A stretch of DNA of 64,000 nt from Planctomycetota bacterium (GTDB lineage Bacteria > Planctomycetota > B15-G4). The stretch lies in assembly GCA_038212275.1 (NCBI GenBank), contig JBBQUR010000013.1:32001-96000 (forward strand), written 5' to 3'. Under the pieces are notes generated by a model. It saw only the letters and a program-made list of their open reading frames with translations. It was not told the DNA's origin and did not search any database. Made by a program: the position numbers and the translations under genes. Positions 35,796 through 45,000 of this stretch are shown one piece after another (the stretch's first letter is position 1; each line of letters opens with the position of its first letter).

Positions 35796-36391
35796 GCGAC
35801 GCGGCCCCCGACGATGCGCCGGCCGCATGCGCGGTGACCCCGCGCCGCGCCGTGTTCCTCGATCGCGACGGCACCCTCATCGAAGAGCGGAACTATCCGG
35901 TCCGGACTTCCGACATCGTGCCCCTCGACGGCGTGGGCGCGGCCCTCGCGCGCCTGTCGCAGGCCGCATACCTGAACATCGTGCTCACCAATCAATCCGC
36001 GGTCGCGCGGGGCCTCCTGACCGAGGAGGACCTTGGCCTGCTGCACGAAGACCTCGCGATCAAGCTCTCCCGCGGCGGCGGCAGCGTCGACGCGATCTAC
36101 TACTGCCCCCACCACCCCGACGGCCAGGCCGTCGGCTACAGCTATCCGTGCGCATGCCGCAAGCCGGCGCGCGGCCTGCTCGACCTCGCGGTGGCCGAGC
36201 ACCGCATCGATCTCTCGCGCAGCGCCTTCATCGGCGACAGAGCGCGCGACCTGTTCCCGGGCATCGGCCCGACCGGCCCGCGCATCCTCGTCGCAAGCGG
36301 TCATGCGCTGGGCGACGTCGGCGCTGCCGACCACGTCGCGGTGAACCTGCAGGCTGCGGTCGAGTGGCTGCTGGCGCACGACCGCGGCTGA
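35792..36391 (+). CDS. gmhB: D-glycero-manno-heptose-1,7-bisphosphate phosphatase
   Basis: FLDRDGT, TNQS, YCPHHP, CACRKP, IGD; C-terminal part of ORF 34163..36391. Confidence 0.92.
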   Translation: MSDAAPDDAPAACAVTPRRAVFLDRDGTLIEERNYPVRTSDIVPLDGVGAALARLSQAAYLNIVLTNQSAVARGLLTEEDLGLLHEDLAIKLSRGGGSVDAIYYCPHHPDGQAVGYSYPCACRKPARGLLDLAVAEHRIDLSRSAFIGDRARDLFPGIGPTGPRILVASGHALGDVGAADHVAVNLQAAVEWLLAHDRG

Positions 36392-36429
36392 CTCGTCCGC
36401 CGGCCCACGCCCGCGACGCCGGCCCGGCC

Positions 36430-37464
36430 TCAGGGCACGTGGCGCATGACGTGCGGCCCGACGACCTGCGCGAGCCACGGCGGAATCGACGACAGCACGC
36501 GCTGTGGCAAGGCCATGCGCGGATTGTTCGGCGAGATCTCCGGTGGCTTGCCACCGCGCGGAAAGAAGAACTGGTAGTCCAGCGGCGTGGCCTCGAAGCC
36601 CATGTGGCGCTTGAAGCCGGCGGGACCGCTGCCGACGCGGCTGCGCCCGAAGTCGAACATCCGGCAGCCACGACGCACCGCATCCTCCATGAGGAGCGCG
36701 TACATCGCATTGTTCGCGCCGAGCCGGTCCGCGCCGTCCTCGGCCCCCGAATAGTACGGATAGAGCGCGTCGGCACTCTGCAGGGAGAGCACCGCGGCGA
36801 GCACCTTGTCGCCGGCGCACAGGCCGTGCAGCGTGGCGCGCGCTCCGTACAGGTCGAGCAGGCGCCGGAAGTAGCTCTGCCGGAACACCGGCGAGCCGAG
36901 ACTGCGCTTGTTGCTCACGTAGAGTCTGTAGAAGTCGCGGAACAGTTCCCGGCCCTCGCGCAGCACGAAGCCGTGCCGCTCGCAGCCCTTGCGCACCTCG
37001 GCGCGCGCCTTGCGCGGAATCATGCCGAGCACGTCCGCGGGATCGGCCGGCAGCTCCCTGCGATAGGTCTCATAGCGGTTGAGCGCGTGGTGCTCCGTGG
37101 GCGCCTTGCCGAGGTAGCGCGTCTCCAGGAAGCGGGCGTTGAGGCGGCGCGTGAGTTCGCACGCGTTGCTGTCCAGCGCCGCGAGGCTGGCCGCGTCCGA
37201 CGCGAGCATGCCGCCATAGACGCCGAAGGGCACGGACACGAGGCGGCGGCCCGTGATGGGCGCGGTGACGAGCGCGAGCGGCAGCACGCCGACCAGTTCC
37301 TTGCCTCGCCACGCCACGAGCGTCTGCGTCTCGAAGCGGAACGTCGAACGCACCAGCTCCAGCCAGCGCGTCTCGTGGAAGGGTGAGCCGGACGGGTGCT
37401 GCATCACGAAGCGGTCGGCGCTGCGTGCATGCTTCAAGTCGAGCAGTTCGACGCGCAGGCTCAT
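36430..37464 (-). CDS. FemAB-related GNAT protein of the XrtA/PEP-CTERM-associated type
   Basis: GVLPL, SVPFGVYGG, IPRKARAEVRK, LGSPVF, FDFGRS, FKRHMGF. Confidence 0.88.
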   Translation of the reverse strand: MSLRVELLDLKHARSADRFVMQHPSGSPFHETRWLELVRSTFRFETQTLVAWRGKELVGVLPLALVTAPITGRRLVSVPFGVYGGMLASDAASLAALDSNACELTRRLNARFLETRYLGKAPTEHHALNRYETYRRELPADPADVLGMIPRKARAEVRKGCERHGFVLREGRELFRDFYRLYVSNKRSLGSPVFRQSYFRRLLDLYGARATLHGLCAGDKVLAAVLSLQSADALYPYYSGAEDGADRLGANNAMYALLMEDAVRRGCRMFDFGRSRVGSGPAGFKRHMGFEATPLDYQFFFPRGGKPPEISPNNPRMALPQRVLSSIPPWLAQVVGPHVMRHVP

Positions 37465-38849
37465 CGCGGCTTCTCCAGCACTCGCTCGCGGCGTTGCAGG
37501 ATCAGAAGCTGGTTGTCGTGGCGCACCAGCGGCGGCGGATCGCTCCCGATCCGGGCGCGCTCGATGAAGTGCTGATCCAGCCACGCCTTGAAATCCTCGC
37601 CGTACGCAACGGGCAGCCGGCTGCGCTTGACCACGACCCAGCAGTCGTGCCGGTGACGCGCCAGCGTCCAGAGTTTCTGGGCGGGAGCCGGGGCCTCGAT
37701 GAGGCTCCTATCGGCCAGCGCGCCCTCCTCTCTGAGGTAAAGATCGAGCAGGAGGTGCTCGTCGGCGACGATGTTGTCCTCCGGCCCGGCGTGCTCGTCG
37801 ATCCACGCGGCGGCGGCCCGGAAGTCGCTGCGATCTCCCTGGCTGCGGTAGTCGATCAACCAGGGCAGGCCCGGCAGCAGCGCCGCCAGCAATGCACCGC
37901 CCCACAGCGCCGGCCGCGGTTGCGCCAGCGGCACGAGCCCGCGACCCGCGAGCAGAAGCATCGCGGGCACCGAGGCCATGGCGTAACGCTGTTGCATCGA
38001 CACCCCCGCGAACGCGCCGAGCAGCAGCACGAACGGCGGAAGGCAGGCCGAGAGCAGCAGTTGGAGGTCGCCCTCGGTTCGCGTCCGCCACGCGGCCAGC
38101 GCTCCGATCGCCGCAAGCAATCCGACACCGGGTCCGACGTTGTAGCCGAGGCCGGCCACCAGATGCAGCGCGTCGTAGTGCGCGGTGGCGCGCCGCGTGA
38201 GCGCCGCCTGCACGACGTCCACCACCGCAGTGCCGGCGAGCAGCAGCACGAGGCCGAGGCCGACGATCGCGCCGACGACGAGCGCCCAGCGCACCCGCGC
38301 CGGACGCGACACCAGGGCCGGCCACAGCAGGCACGGCACGAGCAGCCACGCACTGGGATGACAGAGCATCGCGGCCAGCGCCGCGCATGCGGCCGACACC
38401 GGCCGGCGACCGGGACCCGGGAGCGCCCACAACGTGGCCAGTGTCGCGCACAGAAGCAGCGGTCCGTAGAAGCGCGCCTCCTGAGCGTGGAAGAGCAACC
38501 ATGGCGAGGCGGCTGCCGCCGAGCCGGCGACGAAGGCCACCGCGCGCGGAACGGCGTCGCGGCGGATGAAGAGCAGGGCAGCCACGGCGGCGGCGCCTGT
38601 CAGCGCGGCGAACAGTCGCAGCGCACCCTCTCCCTCGCCGAAGAGCGCGACGGCGCCGGCCATCCCCAGGTAGCCGAGCGGATGACTCTTCACGCCTTCC
38701 GGCCAGCTGCGGCCGGCAAGAATCTCGCGCACGTCGAAGAGCGAGTAGAGCTCGTCGCCATCGATCGGCCAGCGTGCCAGGCCGTCCCAGCGCAGCGCGC
38801 AGGCCAGAGCCAGCACCGCCAGCGCGGCCCAGGGCAGCGCGCGTTTCAC
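37461..38849 (-). CDS. GT-C fold membrane glycosyltransferase (GT39/ArnT-like)
   Basis: DGDELYS after TM1, HPLGY, HAQEARFY; about 10 TM helices; periplasmic C-terminal domain. Confidence 0.8.
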   Translation of the reverse strand: MKRALPWAALAVLALACALRWDGLARWPIDGDELYSLFDVREILAGRSWPEGVKSHPLGYLGMAGAVALFGEGEGALRLFAALTGAAAVAALLFIRRDAVPRAVAFVAGSAAAASPWLLFHAQEARFYGPLLLCATLATLWALPGPGRRPVSAACAALAAMLCHPSAWLLVPCLLWPALVSRPARVRWALVVGAIVGLGLVLLLAGTAVVDVVQAALTRRATAHYDALHLVAGLGYNVGPGVGLLAAIGALAAWRTRTEGDLQLLLSACLPPFVLLLGAFAGVSMQQRYAMASVPAMLLLAGRGLVPLAQPRPALWGGALLAALLPGLPWLIDYRSQGDRSDFRAAAAWIDEHAGPEDNIVADEHLLLDLYLREEGALADRSLIEAPAPAQKLWTLARHRHDCWVVVKRSRLPVAYGEDFKAWLDQHFIERARIGSDPPPLVRHDNQLLILQRRERVLEKPR

Positions 38850-39907
38850 GTCGCGCCGCGCATGCCGTCGGGTGCGTCGGTTGTCGCCGTCACGGCCGCC
38901 ACGTGCACTTCGCCCGGTGCGTCGGGGTCGGGCGGAGCCGGCTCGTGAGGCAGCCCCGGCGGCAGTTCGCGCTCGAGCGTGTAGTCCTTCACGTTGCGCG
39001 CGTTGGTGAAGATGATGATCTCGGCCACGAGACCATTGCTGAAGATGATGATGCCCGTCACGATCAGCGCCACGCCGTAGACCAGCGACGCGCGGTTGCG
39101 CAGGTCACCCAGCTGACTCCAGCCGTAATGGTCGTCCAGATAGAGGTAGCCGCAGATGCAGAGGCCTGCGAGCGCGCACAGGCCGCCGGCCATGCCGAAG
39201 AAACGCAGCGGCTTGCGCGTGAAGCGCGTGAGGAAGAGCAGCGCGACGACATCGAGAAGGCGCCGCACGTAAACGCCCAGCCCGAAGAATCCCTGCCGGC
39301 CGCGTTCGCGCAGGTGCCGCACGCGCACCTCGCCGACGCGGAAGCCCTGGCGATGCGCAAGCACGGGCAGGAAGCGCGAGGCATTGCCCTCGACGAGCAC
39401 CTCATCGATGATGCAGCGACGCATCCCGGTGAGCCCGCAGTTGAGGTCGTGAAGCTGCACGCCCGTGAAGGCGCTCATGCCGCGGTTGTAGAGCCAGCTC
39501 TGGAACCGGTTGGCGACCGGATCCACGCGCGGCACGCGCCAGCCTGCGACGAGATCGAAGCGCTGGTCCAGCGCATCCAGCACGAGGTGGATGTCGCCCG
39601 GGTCCAGCTGCAGATAGCCGGGCAGCGACACGACGAAGCGCCCGCGGGACTCGCGGTAGCCGCAGGCGAGGGCGCGTTCCTCGCCGAAGGGCTGATTGAA
39701 GTGCAGCATGCGCACCGGGGCGCCGGGCGGGATGCGCTGCTTGAGGCGCGCGGTGCGCTGATCCCCGAGGCCGTCCAGCACGAGCACGAATTCGTGCTCG
39801 AAGCCGCGGTCGGCGAACTCCGCACCGTACTGGCGGATGATGTCTTCCAGCTCCGGGCAGTCGTCGCTGAGCGCGAGCACGGCCGATACGTCCACGGGCC
39901 TGCTCAT
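38846..39907 (-). CDS. GT2 polyprenol-phosphate glycosyltransferase paralog with degenerate DxD motif
   Basis: GWR..RVDP and LHDLNCG retained, but SLPGYLQLDP replaces TMDxDxQ.DP; two C-terminal TM helices. Confidence 0.8.
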   Translation of the reverse strand: MSRPVDVSAVLALSDDCPELEDIIRQYGAEFADRGFEHEFVLVLDGLGDQRTARLKQRIPPGAPVRMLHFNQPFGEERALACGYRESRGRFVVSLPGYLQLDPGDIHLVLDALDQRFDLVAGWRVPRVDPVANRFQSWLYNRGMSAFTGVQLHDLNCGLTGMRRCIIDEVLVEGNASRFLPVLAHRQGFRVGEVRVRHLRERGRQGFFGLGVYVRRLLDVVALLFLTRFTRKPLRFFGMAGGLCALAGLCICGYLYLDDHYGWSQLGDLRNRASLVYGVALIVTGIIIFSNGLVAEIIIFTNARNVKDYTLERELPPGLPHEPAPPDPDAPGEVHVAAVTATTDAPDGMRGAT

Positions 39908-40851
39908 GACCACACCTCGAGCCGCGCCATCGGCGCATGGGCCCCTTCGCGGGTGGGGTTGCTCCGCAGGGCCAGCTCGCACACCAGGCCGGTCATGAGG
40001 AAGTAGAAGGACAGGCAGAAGGCCAGCACCGCCACGGAGGGCATGACCACCGTCGTGTAGTTCACGAGGCGCACAGCGGTGGTGTCCACGAAGGCGAGGA
40101 ACGTGACGCCCAGCGCCATGCCGAAGGTGGTGATCGCCAGCAGCCCGAAGTAATGCAGCGGCTGGCCCGCGAATCGGACGAGCATGCGCAGCACGACCAT
40201 GTCGGTGAGCAGCTTGTAGGTGCGCCCCAGGCCGTACTTGCTCTTTCCCTGGCGGCGCGGGTGGTGGTTGACCTCGCGTTCCGCCACCCGGGCGCCCACG
40301 GCTGCCGCCAGGCCGGGGATGAAACGGTGCATGTCGGAGTAGAGGTTCACGCGGCGGATGAACGAAGCCCTGTAGGCCTTCATGGTGCAGCCGAAGTCGT
40401 GCAGGCGCACTCCGGTGATCTCCGAGAGCAGCCGGTTGGCCGCCTGGCTTGGCAGGCGGCGTGCCAGAAAACTGTCGGCGCGCTGCCGACGCCAGCCGGA
40501 GACGACGTCGTAACCACGCGCCAGGTCCGCCAGCAGGCCGGGAATGTCCGTCGGGTCGTTCTGCCCGTCCCCATCCATGGTGATGAAGACGTCGCCGCGG
40601 GCGGCATGGAACCCGGCGGCCATGGCGGCCGTCTGGCCGAAATTCCGGCGCAGCCGGAGGACCCGCAGGCGGCCGCTCCCGAGCCTGTGCTGGTCGAGAA
40701 CCTCCTGCGTGCCGTCGCTGCTGCCGTCGTCCACGACCACGACTTCCGAATCAAGCGGCACCCTGTCCAGCGTGGCCTCAAGCTCGGCGAGCAGTGATCC
40801 GATGGATCCACGTTCGTTGAACACCGGGATGATCACCGACAGGCTGACCAA
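39904..40851 (-). CDS. GT2 polyprenol-phosphate glycosyltransferase (ArnC/GtrB-like)
   Basis: VIIPVFNE, VDDGSSD, RRNFGQTAA, TMDGDGQNDP, LHDFGCTMKAY, HRFIP, SKYG; TTG start after GGAGG. Confidence 0.92.
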   Translation of the reverse strand: MVSLSVIIPVFNERGSIGSLLAELEATLDRVPLDSEVVVVDDGSSDGTQEVLDQHRLGSGRLRVLRLRRNFGQTAAMAAGFHAARGDVFITMDGDGQNDPTDIPGLLADLARGYDVVSGWRRQRADSFLARRLPSQAANRLLSEITGVRLHDFGCTMKAYRASFIRRVNLYSDMHRFIPGLAAAVGARVAEREVNHHPRRQGKSKYGLGRTYKLLTDMVVLRMLVRFAGQPLHYFGLLAITTFGMALGVTFLAFVDTTAVRLVNYTTVVMPSVAVLAFCLSFYFLMTGLVCELALRSNPTREGAHAPMARLEVWS

Positions 40852-40942
40852 CCGATTGCCTCCTGCGTGCGGATGTCGCGGGCTCGAACATCGAGCACAC
40901 GGGCAGCAGCATCGTAACTTCCCGAGCGTTAACATGAACCCG

Positions 40943-41968
40943 ATGACCGCCGTCGTGTTCAGCCCCGTGTCCTGCCCGGCGGCCGCAGCCCTGCTCGCGG
41001 CGCTCACGGCTGGTCTCGGGGTCGTGCGGCCGGTCACCCGGTGCGAGGAGGCGGCCCGCGCCTGCCTGCAGGACAGCCGCTCCATCCTCGTGCTCGACTT
41101 GCGCGGGGCGGACGAGGCGGACGTCGGGGAGGCTCATGCACTGCGCCGGGCGCTCCCCGCCACGCGCATGCTGGCGCTCATGACTCCCGGCCGGGCCGCA
41201 CCGCCCGAGTGCGACGGCGTGCTGGTCGAGCCCTTCTACCTGGTGGAGGTCGTGCGCTGGTGCGCACGCGCGAGCGTCGCCCCGCTGGCGGAAAGCGTGC
41301 TCGCGGACCTTGCCGCGGGCCTCTCGCACGAGATCGGCAACCCGCTGACCGCGCTCCTCATGCAGCTCGAGCTGCTGAAGACCGACAAGCGCATCCCGAA
41401 CATCCGCGAACATCTCGAGCTCATCGAGGAATCCACCCGGCGCATTCAGGACGTCGTGAGCGACGTCACCTTCGCGTCCGAGCGCCGCCCCATCGCGACG
41501 ACGAACGGCAGCCTGCGCTCGCTGCTCGAACGCGCCCGGAGCCTCGTCGGTGAGCGCGGCCCGACGCTCGGAGCGCGCATCGCCCTGGATTGCACCGACC
41601 AGCCGCTGGAGGTCGAGCGCGAACTGCTGGCGGGTGCGTTGGCCGACCTCTGGCAGTACCTGCTCATCGCCGGCGACGGCAGCCGCCCGCTGCACGTGGA
41701 GGCCGGTCCGCTCGACGAGCGCTCGCTGGGCATCCGCGCGCGGGCCCACGTGCCGCGCCTTCCGCCCGACGCGGCAGGCCGCCTCTTCACGCCGCTCTGG
41801 GCGCGCCAGGCGCTGGGGCTGCCGGTGGGCTTGTCGCTGACCTCGGCGCGCGCCGCCTTCCGACGCCACGGCGGCGACCTGCGCGCGCGCGAGCAGCGTG
41901 GCAACCTGTTGACCGTGGAGGCGCTGCTGCCGCGCGAGGGCGCCGAGACGCGCTGGGCCGCCGAATGA
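40943..41968 (+). CDS. Histidine kinase-like protein: degenerate receiver, HisKA and degenerate HATPase
   Basis: H-box SHEIGNPLT; N and G1 boxes not recognisable; LFTP and HGGDL remnants. Confidence 0.75.
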   Translation: MTAVVFSPVSCPAAAALLAALTAGLGVVRPVTRCEEAARACLQDSRSILVLDLRGADEADVGEAHALRRALPATRMLALMTPGRAAPPECDGVLVEPFYLVEVVRWCARASVAPLAESVLADLAAGLSHEIGNPLTALLMQLELLKTDKRIPNIREHLELIEESTRRIQDVVSDVTFASERRPIATTNGSLRSLLERARSLVGERGPTLGARIALDCTDQPLEVERELLAGALADLWQYLLIAGDGSRPLHVEAGPLDERSLGIRARAHVPRLPPDAAGRLFTPLWARQALGLPVGLSLTSARAAFRRHGGDLRAREQRGNLLTVEALLPREGAETRWAAE

Positions 41969-42011
41969 TGCGCGCACGCTCGAGCTGCTCCCGTCCTCCG
42001 GTCTCTCCATC

Positions 42012-45000
42012 ATGCTGAGGCAGCGTCGTCGCACGAGCTGGCAATGGGTGCCGTGGATCGCCGCCGCGTTTCTGGTGATCGCCGTCGGCATCACGCTCGT
42101 CCGCACGATGGATCGCGACGACGACGTCGCCATTGCCTCCGCCCTCCGGCAGGGTGACCCGCTGACGGGACGCGCGAAGGATCCGACGGCGGCCCTGCAG
42201 GTGCTCGAGGCGCTGCTCGAGAAGCAGCCGCAGCACTACGCGGCGCTGGTGGAACGCGCGCGCACCTGGGCGGACCTGCGTGCCTGGAACATCGCAGTCG
42301 ATTCGCTCGAAGCCGCCGCAGCATGCGCCGCCACGCCCCGGGAGCAGGCCGACGCGCTCACCCTGGCCATGGACTACCTGGTCCTCGACAACCGCTTCGA
42401 TGACGCGGTGGCCGTCGGCCAGCGCACGGTGGAACTGCAGCCCGACGAGCCGCTGCGCGCCCTGCGTCTCGGCACGACCTACCTGAAGGGCAGCGTCGCG
42501 GCCCAGCAGGACGCGACGCGGCCCTTCGTGGACCAGGTTCTGAAGAGCCTCTCGGACGTGGAAGCCGAAGACCGCATCGAGGCCTACGTCACGGACCTCT
42601 TCGGCACACCCGATCTCGAGGCGCTGCTCGCGGCCCTCATGCCGGGCGGCGACGCGGTCATGCGCCAGTCCGTTTCCGCGCAGCTCGTTACGGCGCGCGA
42701 TCGATTCCGGCTGGCGTGCGAGACGCTTTCCGGATACGCGGGCTACGCAGGCTTCGATCCGGCCGTCGCCCGCGGGTGGACCACCGCGCTCTTCCGCTCC
42801 GGGCGACTGTACGAGGCGGCCATCGAGTGCGGCATGGCGATGCGCGAGCCCTCGCTGAGCATCGGCTCCCGACGCGACTTCCTCGAGGTGCAGGCGCGCT
42901 GCGCGGCTGCCGTCGGCGAACACGGCCTGGCCGCCGACAAATACCAGGCCATCCTGGATGCCCATGCAGCCGAAGCCGGCGCTCCCACGCCCTACCAGTT
43001 CGCCTACGCCCTCTACGACGAGCGCGTGCAGGCCGAGCAGTGGGACTGGATCCTCGAGCACGTCGCCGCCGACAGCGCGCGCTACGGCAACGACTCGATG
43101 CTGCGCTTTGCGCGCGCTTCCGCGTTGCACGCCGCGGGGCGCGCCGTGGAGGCGCGCGAGGAGATCATCGACGCCTTCACCGCCGTGTCGCTCGGCTCCA
43201 AGCGGGCGTCGCCCGCCAGCCTGCGCGGCTCGCCGCAACGTCGCCGCGCCATCGCGATGCTCGCCTACCGCCTCTTCAACGAGACGGGCGACCGGCGCGC
43301 AAGCAGCGCACTAGACTCCGTCCTCGCGCAGAGTCCCGGCGACCTCGAGGCGCTGCGGCTGCGCAGCGCGCTCGCGCTCTCCGAGGGCCGCGCCGACGCG
43401 GCGCAGTCGGATGCCTTCGCGCTGCTCTCTCGCCACCGTCGCGACCGCGAGGACTTCCAGCGCTGGCTCGAGGCCGCCGACGCCCTGAGCAAGCAACGCT
43501 TCGGAGGCAGCACCCTGCAGGAGCGCGCCGTCGCCAAGGTGGACGACTCGGATCGCTGGCAGCGCGACAGCGATGATGCGAGCTTCGTCGCCTACTCGGC
43601 GCAGGTCGGGCGCCGGAAGCCCAGCCGGATCACGGTGCTGCCCGACCAGCTCCACCTGTCGTCCGACCCGGCGTTCTCCTTCGCGATCATCGAGGAGCTC
43701 GTGCGGCGCAACAACGTCCCGCGCGCGCGCGCCGAGTTGCGCAAGCTGTCGGACGCGTACCCCTACGTCCAGGAGTTCCGCTACAGGCTGGGGCGCCTGC
43801 TCGTGCGCGAAGGCCAGTACGAGTTCGCCTCGGAGGAATTCCTCCGCCTGCTGCAGGACATCCCGGGAGATACCGAGGTCCTCGACCTCGCCGCACGGAC
43901 CAAGCTCGCCCAGGGCAAGGACCAGGAAGCGGCCGCGCTCGTGAACCGGACAATTCTCGATGACCCGCTCGGCGTCGGCGCCGTGCGCTACGGCCAGCGA
44001 CTCGTGGATCGCGGCCGCGCGGACCAGGCCGAGAAGCTCATCGAACGCCTCGTGCGCTGGACGGACTTCGACCAGCGGCTCGACGTGCTGCTGCTCGCGG
44101 CGCGCGTGCAGCTCGCGCTCAACCACCTGCCGGAAGCCGAGGCCATCCTGGCCAACGTCGCGGCACAGGCGCCCGACAACGTGGACGTGGCGCTGCTGGG
44201 CCTCGACATCGGCATCAGGAAGGACGCGCGCAATCTCGTGGACGTCGCGGTCGCGACGCTCAAGCCCCTCGCCGCCGAGCTCTTCCCCGACCAGATGGCG
44301 ATCATCGCGGACCGCCTGCTCCAGGCGAAGCTCTACCCCGAGATCGTCGCGGTCTTCGACGAGACGGTGCGCAAGCTGCCTGCCGCGCGGCCCGCGCTGC
44401 GCGCGGTGGCCGACGCGTGCAAGGCGCTGGGACGATTCGAGGAGGCCGACGAACTCCTGGCCGAGATCATTGACGACGATGCCGACGCGCTCATCGACCA
44501 GTTCATTCTGCTCGGCCTGCGCGGCGAGGCCGACGAGGCCAGCCGTCGCCTGCGCCTGCAGCCCACGGCCTCCAGCCAGCGCTCGCTCGTGGACCTGCTG
44601 CTGCTGCTCGGCAACGCGGTGCGCGATATCCCCGCGCTCAACGACGCCGAGCCGCTCGTCCGACTGCGCCAGCTCCGCATGGATGAGCGCCTGAGCCCCG
44701 CCGGCCTGCAGCTCCTCGATGCGATCGTGCGCATCGCGCCCAACCGCCGCAATCTCGCGGACGTGACTCCGAGCTCCGTCGTGAACGACCCGCGCACGAC
44801 GTATCCCGACGCCGGCCACGACGTGCAGGTGCTCGTGGACCTGGCACGCCAGGATCCCGAGGCCGCGCGCGATCTGTCGCGCGACCTGGTCTACCTGCTG
44901 CTCTTCGGAGACCGCCCCTTCTGGAGTCGCGAATCGCAGCTCCTCGCCGAACATGCGCTGACGCTCGCGCCGACACTGGCGCTGCCGACCCGCACGCTGG

